DNA of 32,000 nucleotides from Microcystis aeruginosa NIES-2549 (GTDB taxonomy: Bacteria > Cyanobacteriota > Cyanobacteriia > Cyanobacteriales > Microcystaceae): the NCBI RefSeq assembly GCF_000981785.2, contig NZ_CP011304.1, positions 630,001-662,000 of the forward strand, given 5' to 3'. The translations under genes and the position numbers were made by a program. The notes below the pieces were generated by a model. That model did not search any database and was not told the DNA's origin. It was given only the letters and a program-made list of their open reading frames with translations. Shown here in pieces: positions 1 through 8,713 of this stretch; position 1 is the stretch's first letter, and each line of letters opens with the position of its first letter.

Positions 1-98
1 CTGAGGCGGAAACGAGATAACTTAAGCGTAGTGACCACAACTGCTATAAAATGTCAGATTAAGTTTATTAATCTCACTTAGTTGGGAGGAATCCATCA

Positions 99-584
99 AT
101 GAGTATCGTCACGAAATCGATCGTGAATGCTGATGCTGAAGCTCGTTACCTCAGCCCCGGCGAACTAGACAGAATTAAAGCCTTCGTTGGCAGTGGTGCC
201 GCTCGTTTACGCATCGCTGAAACCCTGACCGGCGCTCGCGAAACCATCGTCAAACAAGCTGGCGATCGCTTATTCCAAAAACGTCCTGACATCGTTTCCC
301 CCGGTGGCAACGCTTACGGCGAAGAAATGACCGCTACCTGTCTGCGTGACATGGACTACTACCTACGTTTAATCACCTACGGAGTAGTTGCTGGTGATGT
401 CACCCCGATTGAAGAAATCGGTTTAGTCGGTGTGCGTGAAATGTACAAATCTTTAGGAACCGACATCGGTGCCGTAGCTCAAAGCGTTCGCGAAATGAAA
501 GAAGTTGCTACCGGTCTTATGTCTTCTGACGATGCTTCTGAAGCTTCTTCCTACTTCGATTACGTGATCGGCTCTATGTCGTAG
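99..584 (+). CDS. apcA: allophycocyanin alpha subunit
   Basis: 161-aa ORF ([27 protein letters not shown]...) with the phycobiliprotein chromophore-Cys context [20 protein letters not shown] Shine-Dalgarno at 85-90. First gene of the canonical apcA-apcB-apcC order. Confidence 0.95.
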   Translation: MSIVTKSIVNADAEARYLSPGELDRIKAFVGSGAARLRIAETLTGARETIVKQAGDRLFQKRPDIVSPGGNAYGEEMTATCLRDMDYYLRLITYGVVAGDVTPIEEIGLVGVREMYKSLGTDIGAVAQSVREMKEVATGLMSSDDASEASSYFDYVIGSMS

Positions 585-663
585 AATAATTCCTTTGTGA
601 ATCGTTCTAGACACACCCCTCGTAAACCTCTTAAGATTAAGCAAAACCCAAGGAAGAACCACC

Positions 664-1149
664 ATGCAAGACGCAATTACTTCTGTTATCAACTCTGCTG
701 ACGTTCAAGGCAAATACCTTGACGCTTCTGCTCTCGGCAAACTGAAAGGCTACTTCGCCACCGGTGAACTGCGCGTGCGCGCCGCTAGTGTCATTAGCGC
801 CAACGCTGCCGGTATCGTTAAAGAAGCTGTGGCTAAGTCCCTGTTATACTCTGACGTAACCCGTCCCGGTGGTAATATGTACACCACCCGTCGTTACGCC
901 GCTTGTATCCGTGACCTCGACTACTATCTCCGTTATGCTACCTACGCTATGTTAGCTGGAGATCCTTCTATCCTCGACGAGCGCGTTCTCAACGGCCTGA
1001 AAGAAACCTACAACTCTTTAGGTGTACCCATCTCCTCCACCGTTCAAGCTATTCAAGCGATGAAAGAAGTCACCGCTAGTTTAGTTGGTGCTGATGCGGG
1101 TAAAGAAATGGGGATTTACTTCGACTACATTAGCTCTGGCTTAAGCTAG
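664..1149 (+). CDS. apcB: allophycocyanin beta subunit
   Basis: 161-aa ORF ([20 protein letters not shown]...) with chromophore-Cys context [14 protein letters not shown]. Paralogous to the preceding ORF and 79 nt downstream of apcA. Confidence 0.95.
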   Translation: MQDAITSVINSADVQGKYLDASALGKLKGYFATGELRVRAASVISANAAGIVKEAVAKSLLYSDVTRPGGNMYTTRRYAACIRDLDYYLRYATYAMLAGDPSILDERVLNGLKETYNSLGVPISSTVQAIQAMKEVTASLVGADAGKEMGIYFDYISSGLS

Positions 1150-1339
1150 AAGTAACGAACTCGGACAAAATAGGGTTCGGGAAGCCGAGGATGAGTGCTA
1201 GGTCTTTAAAGGCTGAATCTGGCCAAGATAGGTTTTGACGAGCTAGTATTGATCCTTGACTCCCGACCTTTGTTATTTTAGGAAAAAGCCTTCGTTAGTT
1301 TAAGCGACAAGTTTTTCAGCGATTAGGAGAAATCAATCC

Positions 1340-1543
1340 ATGCGGATGTTCAAAATCACCGCTTGTGTTCCTAGCCAAAGCCGCATTCGGACACAACGGG
1401 AATTACAAAATACCTATTTCACCAAACTCGTTCCCTACGATAATTGGTTTCGTGAGCAACAACGCATCATGAAAATGGGCGGCAAAATTGTCAAAGTGCA
1501 GTTAGCTACTGGCAAACCAGGGACTAATACAGGTTTACTGTAA
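1340..1543 (+). CDS. apcC: phycobilisome small core linker (7.8 kDa, CpcD-like)
   Basis: 67-aa ORF MRMFKITACVPSQSRIRTQRELQNTYFTKLVPYDNWFREQQRIMKMGGKIVKV, typical of ApcC. AGGAGA SD at 1325-1330. Sits after apcAB. Confidence 0.9.
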   Translation: MRMFKITACVPSQSRIRTQRELQNTYFTKLVPYDNWFREQQRIMKMGGKIVKVQLATGKPGTNTGLL

Positions 1544-1563
1544 TTGGCTGCCACTGGAACTTT

Positions 1564-1592
1564 AAAAAAGAGGTCTGGAAAGACCTCTTTTT
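1564..1592. terminator. bidirectional intrinsic terminator between convergent apcC and msrB
   Basis: Perfect 8-bp stem AGAGGTCT / AGACCTCT with GGAA loop (1569-1588). It is flanked by an A-run on the left and a T-run on the right, so it reads as hairpin plus U-tract on both strands. Confidence 0.7.
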
Positions 1593-1595
1593 GCT

Positions 1596-2012
1596 TTAGG
1601 GATTTTTTTCAAACTGCAAAGCGGCAGAGTTGAGACAATAGCGTTTTCCCGTCGGGGGTGGACCATCATTAAAAACGTGACCGAGATGAGCATCACAGGT
1701 GGCACAAACAATCTCTGTCCGCACCATGAAAAAACTAACATCTCGTTCGTACTTAATATTAGCCTCGTTAGCAGCAGTCCAGAAACTCGGCCAACCAGTA
1801 CCCGAATCATACTTGCTGTCAGAAGTAAATAACTCCGTACCACAGCAGACACATTTGTAAATACCTTTTTCTTTATTATCGTGATATTTACCAGTAAAAG
1901 CCCGTTCTGTTCCCTTTTTGCGGGTAACTTGGAACTGTTCGGGAGTTAGCTGGGCCCGCCATTCCGCCTCGGTTTTACGAACTTTTTCTACCATAGTCAT
2001 CACAACCGCCAT
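1596..2012 (-). CDS. msrB: peptide-methionine (R)-S-oxide reductase
   Basis: 138-aa ORF with two CxxC zinc pairs ([19 protein letters not shown]) and the catalytic RYCLNS motif. The true start may be one of the Met residues at aa 1, 5 or 7. Confidence 0.9.
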   Translation of the reverse strand: MAVVMTMVEKVRKTEAEWRAQLTPEQFQVTRKKGTERAFTGKYHDNKEKGIYKCVCCGTELFTSDSKYDSGTGWPSFWTAANEANIKYERDVSFFMVRTEIVCATCDAHLGHVFNDGPPPTGKRYCLNSAALQFEKNP

Positions 2013-2206
2013 TATGATTAAATTTCTCTTTTTAGTCTAACCTGAGTTCGAGATCTGGGTTTTTTTCATAAATATGAAGTATGACCTGATTTGGCATCGG
2101 CTTCTGATGACGGACTCCCAAAAAGGAAAAGTTGGTCAGGGAACCCTATAAACTTAGCATAAGCCCACCTTATCACCCCGACAAGTAATACTGAATGTCA
2201 AACCCC

Positions 2207-2235
2207 TTTACAAACCGTTACAAACTCTCTAAGAT
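2207..2235 (+). promoter_or_regulatory. psbA promoter with HLR1-type direct repeat
   Basis: TTTACAAA-CC-GTTACAAA (2207-2224) matches the HLR1 consensus (G/T)TTACA(T/A)(T/A)N2(G/T)TTACA(T/A)(T/A). TTTACA (2207-2212) can serve as the -35, followed by a 17-nt spacer and TAAGAT (2230-2235) as the -10. That leaves a 5' UTR of about 50 nt before the ATG at 2289. Confidence 0.6.
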
Positions 2236-2288
2236 AGAGACATCATCAATCAATCGTACCTCGATAACTTAATAGGAATCATAAACCA

Positions 2289-3371
2289 ATGACCACCACT
2301 CTACAACAGCGCGAGAGCGCTTCCCTGTGGGAGCAGTTCTGTCAGTGGATCACCAGCACCAACAACCGTCTTTATGTCGGTTGGTTCGGTGTCATCATGA
2401 TCCCCACCCTGCTCACCGCCACCACCTGCTTCATCATCGCCTTTATCGCCGCTCCTCCCGTAGATATCGACGGTATCCGCGAGCCTGTAGCTGGTTCTCT
2501 ACTCTACGGAAACAACATCATCTCTGGTGCAGTTGTTCCCTCTTCTAACGCGATTGGACTCCACTTTTACCCCATCTGGGAAGCTGCTTCCTTAGATGAG
2601 TGGTTATACAACGGTGGTCCCTACCAGTTAGTCATTTTCCACTTCTTACTAGGTGTCTTCTGCTACCTCGGTCGTCAGTGGGAACTGTCTTTCCGTTTAG
2701 GAATGCGTCCTTGGATCTGTGTAGCTTACTCTGCACCTGTATCCGCCGCTACTGCTGTATTCTTAATCTATCCCATCGGACAAGGTTCTTTCTCTGATGG
2801 TATGCCTTTAGGAATCTCTGGAACCTTCAACTTTATGTTCGTGTTCCAAGCAGAACATAACATTCTGATGCACCCCTTCCATATGTTAGGTGTTGCTGGT
2901 GTGTTCGGCGGTTCTCTGTTCTCCGCGATGCACGGTTCCCTAGTAACTTCTTCTTTAGTGCGTGAAACCACTGAAATCGAATCTCAGAACTACGGTTACA
3001 AATTCGGTCAAGAGGAAGAAACCTACAATATCGTTGCCGCTCACGGTTACTTCGGACGTTTAATCTTCCAATACGCTTCTTTCAACAACAGCCGCTCCCT
3101 GCACTTCTTCTTAGGTGCTTGGCCGGTAATCGGTATCTGGTTTACGGCAATGGGTGTTAGCACCATGGCGTTTAACCTCAACGGTTTCAACTTCAACCAG
3201 TCGATTCTCGATTCTCAAGGTCGTGTAATCGGTACTTGGGCCGATGTGTTAAACCGCGCTGGTATCGGTATGGAAGTAATGCACGAGCGTAATGCACACA
3301 ACTTCCCCTTAGACTTGGCTAGTGGTGAACAGGCTCCCGTAGCTCTGACCGCTCCCGCTATCAATGGTTAA
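2289..3371 (+). CDS. psbA: photosystem II D1 protein, copy 1
   Basis: 360-aa [38 protein letters not shown]..., unmistakably D1. Gln at position 130. CtpA processing site ...NFPLDLA(344)/[16 protein letters not shown]. Confidence 0.98.
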   Translation: MTTTLQQRESASLWEQFCQWITSTNNRLYVGWFGVIMIPTLLTATTCFIIAFIAAPPVDIDGIREPVAGSLLYGNNIISGAVVPSSNAIGLHFYPIWEAASLDEWLYNGGPYQLVIFHFLLGVFCYLGRQWELSFRLGMRPWICVAYSAPVSAATAVFLIYPIGQGSFSDGMPLGISGTFNFMFVFQAEHNILMHPFHMLGVAGVFGGSLFSAMHGSLVTSSLVRETTEIESQNYGYKFGQEEETYNIVAAHGYFGRLIFQYASFNNSRSLHFFLGAWPVIGIWFTAMGVSTMAFNLNGFNFNQSILDSQGRVIGTWADVLNRAGIGMEVMHERNAHNFPLDLASGEQAPVALTAPAING

Positions 3372-3391
3372 TTCCTAGTCTGAACGAAAAG

Positions 3392-3417
3392 GCACTCCCG
3401 CGAGGGGGTGCTTTTTT
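3392..3417 (+). terminator. psbA intrinsic terminator
   Basis: GCACTCCC-GCGA-GGGGGTGC hairpin followed by TTTTTT (3412-3417), 21 nt after the stop codon. Confidence 0.75.
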
Positions 3418-3460
3418 GTTGTTAGAATAGAAGGTGGTTTTTTGAGTTTGAGGTTAAATT

Positions 3461-3676
3461 ATGATCAGTTTAGAACAAGCTTTAAATACTGTTGAGCAAC
3501 TATCTTTAGAACAACAGGAAATGTTATTAGAAATTTTACAAAATCGTTTACTTGATATTCGTCGTCAAGAAATTGCTAGGGATGCTAGGGAGTCAATTAA
3601 TGCTTTTCATCAAAGAGAATTTAAACCTCAACCCCTAGAAATTGTTCTGAGAGAATTGAGAGAAACTTTAGAATAG
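3461..3676 (+). CDS. putative type II antitoxin (partner of the truncated RelE/YafQ-like toxin)
   Basis: 71-aa helical, acidic ORF 5 nt upstream of a toxin-like ORF. Same size and position as the second pair at 4085-4294. Confidence 0.5.
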   Translation: MISLEQALNTVEQLSLEQQEMLLEILQNRLLDIRRQEIARDARESINAFHQREFKPQPLEIVLRELRETLE

Positions 3677-3681
3677 ATATT

Positions 3682-3897
3682 ATGAGAGAACTGGTTTTAA
3701 CGCCTAAATTTAAGCGGACTTTCCGTAAGTTTGTTCTCAGAAATCCTCAACGACAGAAAGCGATTGAGAAAACATTGGCACAAATGAGGGAAGATATTTA
3801 TTTTTTGAACTTGGGAACTCATTCATTAAAAGGGGAATTATCGGGACTTAAAGCTTGTTCTTGTGGTTATGATTGTCGGATTATTTGGCTCTCTTAG
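3682..3897 (+). pseudogene. RelE/YafQ-family toxin, C-terminally truncated
   Basis: 71 aa aligning with the intact 95-aa paralog at 4297-4584 (KFKRTFRKF/ FKRSFKKL; THSLKGELSGLKACSCGYDCRII / THKLSGNLEGLWSCTVAYDCRII). It stops right after CRIIWLS and so lacks about 25 C-terminal residues. Confidence 0.55.
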
Positions 3898-4084
3898 GTT
3901 TGGTGGGTAAAATGTATTCTAAGATACAGTCCTGGTGACGAGCGAGTGGAGCAAACCACAAAGACACAAAGGACACAAAGATTGATCGCTCCTATGTAAG
4001 TTAAACTGGTCGCAACGCGCTCGCTACGCGAGATCACACAAAGAATAAGAGATTCCAGGTTTTTATCGAGAGTTAAGAGGTAAA

Positions 4085-4294
4085 ATGATGACTTTGCAAG
4101 AAATGATCAAATCTTTTGAGAATTTATCAGAGGATGAACAGGAGTCATTGTTAGAGATTTTGTGTCAATATAGAGCTAAAGCAAGAGAAAGAGAAATTTT
4201 AGCTAATTTTAAGGAATTGAAAGATGCGATCGCTACTGGAACGGCCAGAAGGGGAACCGTAGAAGATTTGATTGCTGATTTGAATGAGGATTAA
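4085..4294 (+). CDS. putative type II antitoxin
   Basis: 69-aa ORF whose stop lies 2 nt before the toxin ATG. Small and charged, typical antitoxin position. Confidence 0.6.
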   Translation: MMTLQEMIKSFENLSEDEQESLLEILCQYRAKAREREILANFKELKDAIATGTARRGTVEDLIADLNED

Positions 4295-4296
4295 CA

Positions 4297-4584
4297 ATGG
4301 AGCTAATATGGAGTGATGGGTTTAAGCGTTCGTTTAAGAAGCTAATCAAGAAAAATCCCCAGTTAAAACCTAAAATTTTCGATGTACTTAGAAAACTGGC
4401 AGAAGACCCATTTACACTGTCTTTAAAAACCCATAAGTTAAGTGGTAATTTAGAAGGGTTATGGTCTTGTACTGTAGCTTACGATTGTCGAATTATTTTT
4501 AGTTTTTCGGAAGATGGAGAATATTTAGAAGTTATCATCTTGTTAATTGATATTGGTAGTCACGATCAGGTGTATAGAAAATAG
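4297..4584 (+). CDS. RelE/YafQ (ParE superfamily) type II toxin
   Basis: 95-aa ORF with the family pattern F.RSFKKL...P....KTHKLSGNLEGLWSC.V.YDCRIIF... Confidence 0.7.
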   Translation: MELIWSDGFKRSFKKLIKKNPQLKPKIFDVLRKLAEDPFTLSLKTHKLSGNLEGLWSCTVAYDCRIIFSFSEDGEYLEVIILLIDIGSHDQVYRK

Positions 4585-4656
4585 GATATACTGGAAAGCG
4601 ATCCTGCGGGTTTCTGCGTTGCGGTACACATATATTTATAATAAGATAAATTTTTT

Positions 4657-6021
4657 CTAATCGTTAGGATTTCTTTGAAGATAGGATTTAAACACAGGAT
4701 TAATAGGAAAATAGGACGAGGTTTCTGATGGTAATTTATCCAGTAAACAGCGTCTCATTAATGACTGAATAGTTGCCCAAAATTCAGAAGTAGATAAGTC
4801 AAGATTAGCAGTTTTGGGAAACTTTTCTACCGCTTCAGTTTGATTAGCTAACCAGTGCATCACCTTTTTTTCTGTTGCGGATAAACGCTGTAAATGACAT
4901 TCGATCGAGTCTTCTATATCTCCTAAATAAATTTCATTTTTCATTTGTTCTAAAAATAAGGATACTTCTCCATCAAATAGTTCAATAAGGGTTGAGGAGA
5001 TGATATTTAACCAGTTAGGATGACCTTGATAAAGTTCGCTCAGTTTCGTCCATTTCTCCTCACTTTTTAAACCGTATTCTTTGAAGATTTCTTCAAATTC
5101 TGTTGTTAAACCTTGCAGGTATAAAGTTTTAATTTTATCGGATTTTAAGGTGACAAAATCTCTGGGAAGTTCCCAACTAATTAAAATTAAACAACTTTGA
5201 TGAGATGTGGTAGCAATTTGCTGAAAAAATTTATGATAATCCTGACAGTCGCTTAAATATTTACCTGCTAATTCCCCCAGTTTAAAAATATTCTGTACAT
5301 CATCAAGAATAATTAAACAACGATAGGAGCTTAGATAATCTATTATATCGGGTAAGGGGGTTGATAGAGATTGGCTGAAAAACTGTTTTAGATTATCTTT
5401 GAGAGCAATTAATTGAGGAATATTTTCCAGGCTGCGATAAATAATATAATCAAATTGTGAGGCAATTTCTGAAATTAATTTAAGGGTTAAAGCTGTTTTT
5501 CCAATTCCACTTAACCCATAAATAGTAATTAATCGAGTTTTATTATCTAGCCATTCTTTTAAGGTGGATAGTTCTAACTTACGTCCATAGTTATACCTTA
5601 ATTCAGGAGCTTTTGTTAAGTCAATCATGGGAGATTTATTATTATGTAAAGAATATGATCGGTTTTGGTTATCATTAGTCGTTTGAATAATTTGACCACC
5701 AATATTGATGTTATCAATTTGTAACAAACAATTCCCCGAATGATAAGCTTGAGAAACCCGATATTTTCTTTCTAACTTGGATCGTAAATTATCTTTATTA
5801 ACATCTTCGTCTAATACCTTACCCAACTTTTTCCATAAGTTAGCAGCCTCTTTTTTAATATGAGATTCACTACAACCATTAAAAGATTGAGCAATTTGCC
5901 AATATTTTTGACCTTGCCAAACCCCTGTCAAGATTGCTTCTTGTACTGGTGTCAGATGAGACTCCACTTTCTCAAACATTAAATCATCAACATATTGCAA
6001 AACTTGGTCAATATTATTCAT
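4657..6021 (-). CDS. STAND NTPase: N-terminal LuxR/GerE-like HTH + NB-ARC (AP-ATPase) core, no C-terminal repeat sensor
   Basis: HTH-like LTPVQEAILTGVWQGQKYWQIAQSFNGCSESHIKKEAANLWKKLG. Walker A GLSGIGKTAL, Walker B CLIILDDVQ, then LILISWE and GHPNWL (GxP-like) motifs. Only 454 aa, with no WD40/TPR/LRR region. Confidence 0.8.
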   Translation of the reverse strand: MNNIDQVLQYVDDLMFEKVESHLTPVQEAILTGVWQGQKYWQIAQSFNGCSESHIKKEAANLWKKLGKVLDEDVNKDNLRSKLERKYRVSQAYHSGNCLLQIDNINIGGQIIQTTNDNQNRSYSLHNNKSPMIDLTKAPELRYNYGRKLELSTLKEWLDNKTRLITIYGLSGIGKTALTLKLISEIASQFDYIIYRSLENIPQLIALKDNLKQFFSQSLSTPLPDIIDYLSSYRCLIILDDVQNIFKLGELAGKYLSDCQDYHKFFQQIATTSHQSCLILISWELPRDFVTLKSDKIKTLYLQGLTTEFEEIFKEYGLKSEEKWTKLSELYQGHPNWLNIISSTLIELFDGEVSLFLEQMKNEIYLGDIEDSIECHLQRLSATEKKVMHWLANQTEAVEKFPKTANLDLSTSEFWATIQSLMRRCLLDKLPSETSSYFPINPVFKSYLQRNPND

Positions 6022-6269
6022 TTCTGGTTAAAAAATTAGAGGGGTAATCAAATATATTATACCAAACGGAACTAAGACTGTACCGTAACCTACCTATAAA
6101 TTGTGTACCAAAGCCTACTTTTGTACTAAAATCAAGCGCTACAATACTGAGATGTTAGGTAAATCAAGCTAATTAGTCCTATTTGCTTGCTAGATTGTCA
6201 TCATAGCCCATTTTGCGGTGACATGATCATCTTTTCCCTTTCAAAAATCAATGAAGTAATCTTTAAGTT

Positions 6270-7070
6270 ATGTATCAAGAACTACTGAGTAGCGCCAAGC
6301 CTGGATTTATCCTGATTATGATTGATCAGTCAGCTTCAATGTCAGATAAATACGCCAATTCAAATAAAGCAGATTTTGCCGCATTAGCCGTTAATCGAGT
6401 CATCGGAGAAATTATTACAGCTTGTTCATCGGGTAATGAGATTAAAGACAGATGTTTTGTGGCGGCGGTTGGCTATGGAGCAGGTATTAATGTACTATTT
6501 CTAGATAAAGCCTCAGAGTTGGCTAAAAATCCCAATACAACAACCCTTAAGAGAAAAGTCTCTGATGGTGCAGGTGGGTTGGTTGAAGTGGATGAAGTAA
6601 TGCGAGTGTTTGTGAAACCGACTGCAAGTAATGGAACACCAATGGCTGAAGCCTTTAAACAGGCTTATAATGGGGTAGAAAAATTTATTTCTAATCATCC
6701 CGATAGCTTTCCACCCGTTGTTATTAATATAACCGATGGAGAACCTAATGATTTTAATGCTGCTACTACTGAAGCGAAAAAACTAGCACAACTTAAAACA
6801 AGTGACGGTAACGTGATTGTTTTGAATGCTCATATTTCTAACGCATCAGCAGGGAAAATAGAGTTACCTAGTGACAATGCTGGTTTTAACAATAATAAAT
6901 TTGCTAACTTTTTGTTTGATATTTCCAGTGTGCTTCCTGATCCTCTTGCTGAGAGTGCCAAAAATGCGGGTTTTAATGTTCAACCTAATGCCAGAGGTTT
7001 TATCTTTAATGCTGATGCTGAAGCACTGATTAAACTTCTTCAATTTGGTTCTCAAGGAGCATTACGCTAA
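6270..7070 (+). CDS. von Willebrand factor A (TerY-like vWA) protein
   Basis: 266 aa with MIDAS residues in order: ILIMIDQSASMS (DxSxS), NGTPM (Thr) and INITDGEP (Asp). Size and layout are like TerY-type stand-alone vWA proteins. Confidence 0.85.
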   Translation: MYQELLSSAKPGFILIMIDQSASMSDKYANSNKADFAALAVNRVIGEIITACSSGNEIKDRCFVAAVGYGAGINVLFLDKASELAKNPNTTTLKRKVSDGAGGLVEVDEVMRVFVKPTASNGTPMAEAFKQAYNGVEKFISNHPDSFPPVVINITDGEPNDFNAATTEAKKLAQLKTSDGNVIVLNAHISNASAGKIELPSDNAGFNNNKFANFLFDISSVLPDPLAESAKNAGFNVQPNARGFIFNADAEALIKLLQFGSQGALR

Positions 7071-7075
7071 AGTTA

Positions 7076-8713
7076 TTGTCATTAATTATGGAATCTCATC
7101 ATAAAGTTTCAGTCATCCGTCGGTTCAGTGATAGAACTCATAAAGAGATGGAAACCATTAGCGGTTGTCAAGATAATTTTAGCTATAATGAAGCTAAGAA
7201 TTGTTTTGCGATCGCCGATGGTGCAACTCAATCATTTTACTCAAGTATATGGTCAAAACTTCTTGTTGATTATTTTTGTGAAAATCCCCAGATTGATAAA
7301 AACAATTGGCAAGAATGGCTTGAACTAATTCAGCAAAAATGGTTAGAAGAAGTTAGAGCAGAATTAGAAAAAGCAAAAAGCGGTAATAATTTTGCCTGGA
7401 TTGAGATTTACAATGGTTTGGAACGTTCTAAATCAGCAACATCTACCTTTATTGGGTTACAATTTATTGAAAATCAAGCAAAAATCTCAATTGTTGGCGA
7501 TAGCTGTCTGTTTATTTTTCAGGGAAATCAATTAATTCAAACCTATTTATTGAAAAAATCAACGAATTTTAATGATAGACCTGGATATTTTGGAAGTCGC
7601 TCTAAAAATAATGATGATTATGAGCCAGAGTTTTTAGACATCGAATTAAAATACAAACAACATTCAGATAAGCTTTATTTTGTACTAGCAACTGACGCTC
7701 TAGCTGAATATATTTTTAAATATACAGAACAGCAAAGAGATATTTTAACAACTTTACTTACCATTAATTCAGAACAGGAGTTTGAGAATTTTGTAAAATC
7801 TGCTAGACATAATGGCACAATAAAAATGAAAAATGATGATGTCACTTTAATGATTTTAGAAGTCAGTGATCGTGAAATCGTCAGTTTGCCTACACAAACC
7901 AGAAAAGAAAATCAAAAAAATACTCCTATCATTTCACCTTTAAGTTATGAAACTGAACAGCCTTCTAAAGAAGATCAAAACAATTCTTCAAGCGTAGAAA
8001 AAGAACCTAAAGACAATACTCCTGCTGAAAATTTAGAAGATACTTCTGGTTTTGCCAAAATAAGCTCCAATCTACAAACATTATTAAAATTTCTGCCATC
8101 TTTACCCATGACGCACCGCAATTTGAGAGGAGTTTCTTCTTCAAGTCCTCAACTGAGAGAAGACAAACCACCCGTAATTAAAGGAATAGATGGAATCCGT
8201 AATCTTCTCCTTGTTTTTATTCCTTTAAATATATTCTTAACTATACTCTCCACTGCGACCATATTATATTTTATTTCTCAGACAGCTAACAAAATAAATA
8301 GTATAAAAACTGAACAATCAAGCAATTCAAATTCATCTAGTCAAGTCACTAAATATGAACCTAAATATATGAACCTTGAAAAAGGAAATAAAATCTACAA
8401 AGATCAAACTTTTCAAGAAATTATTATTCCTGCTTTATCTGACTCATCTCAGGTTTTAATTTTAGAAGAAGGAGACAAATGGATTAAATTTCAGATTGAT
8501 CTTTATGCTAATCAAGCAATCTTGAATCAATGTTCTACTTGTGCAAGGGATGAAATAGAAATAAAACCCAAGACAAATCTGAGAACTTTGGCTAGTGAAT
8601 CAGAAAGGGATGTTTTTGGACAATTAAGCGAACCATCAAAGTTTAAAAAACTTGAATTTGATTCCCTTCCCAATTGGTCTAAATTTACATTTGTGGGGTA
8701 TGTAAAAAAATGA
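7076..8713 (+). CDS. PP2C-family (PP2C_2-like) Ser/Thr phosphatase with TM helix and C-terminal SH3b-like region
   Basis: N-terminal ~270 aa carry FAIADGATQS, IVGDSCLF, LATDALAEY and NDDVTLMILEV motifs. These are followed by a low-complexity linker, a predicted TM helix (LLLVFIPLNIFLTILSTATILYFI, about 8200-8280) and a ~145-aa beta-rich tail. The track start at 7076 is TTG; the ATG at 7088 (MESHHK) is more likely. Confidence 0.8.
   Translation: MSLIMESHHKVSVIRRFSDRTHKEMETISGCQDNFSYNEAKNCFAIADGATQSFYSSIWSKLLVDYFCENPQIDKNNWQEWLELIQQKWLEEVRAELEKAKSGNNFAWIEIYNGLERSKSATSTFIGLQFIENQAKISIVGDSCLFIFQGNQLIQTYLLKKSTNFNDRPGYFGSRSKNNDDYEPEFLDIELKYKQHSDKLYFVLATDALAEYIFKYTEQQRDILTTLLTINSEQEFENFVKSARHNGTIKMKNDDVTLMILEVSDREIVSLPTQTRKENQKNTPIISPLSYETEQPSKEDQNNSSSVEKEPKDNTPAENLEDTSGFAKISSNLQTLLKFLPSLPMTHRNLRGVSSSSPQLREDKPPVIKGIDGIRNLLLVFIPLNIFLTILSTATILYFISQTANKINSIKTEQSSNSNSSSQVTKYEPKYMNLEKGNKIYKDQTFQEIIIPALSDSSQVLILEEGDKWIKFQIDLYANQAILNQCSTCARDEIEIKPKTNLRTLASESERDVFGQLSEPSKFKKLEFDSLPNWSKFTFVGYVKK

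Larger units (their letters stand above)
2197..3428 (+). repeat. psbA-containing direct repeat, copy 1 (1232 bp; partner 11533-12764)
   Basis: Promoter, 5' UTR, CDS and terminator are repeated in the same orientation 9336 bp downstream. Only scattered single-base differences are visible on by-eye alignment. Confidence 0.95.

Noticed and set aside
453-692. 79-aa minus-strand ORF overlapping the apcA 3' end and the apcB start
   Set aside because: It is antisense to two certain phycobiliprotein genes, and no motif was recognised.
1150-1339. Possible processing or attenuator stem-loop in the 190-nt apcB-apcC spacer
   Set aside because: Only short (5-bp) complementary segments were found by eye (CTCGG...CCGAG), with no convincing stable hairpin. 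It would need RNA folding and comparative analysis.
1562-1852. 96-aa minus-strand ORF overlapping msrB
   Set aside because: It is an alternative frame of msrB, which has clear catalytic and zinc motifs. It also starts inside the terminator hairpin.
2327-2971. ORFs 2327-2548(+), 2600-2797(+) and 2768-2971(-) inside psbA copy 1, and their twins 11663-11935, 11936-12133 and 12104-12307 in copy 2
   Set aside because: They are alternative-frame or antisense ORFs wholly inside an unmistakable, highly conserved D1 gene. Their low-complexity His/Arg/Cys-rich translations are typical of out-of-frame reading.
6513-7328. Small ORFs 6513-6698(-), 6864-7055(-), 7128-7328(+) and 9830-10027(+) within the vWA, PP2C and kinase genes
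   Set aside because: They are alternative-frame ORFs in AT-rich coding DNA with Lys/Ile/Phe-rich translations. The overlapping genes carry complete catalytic motifs.
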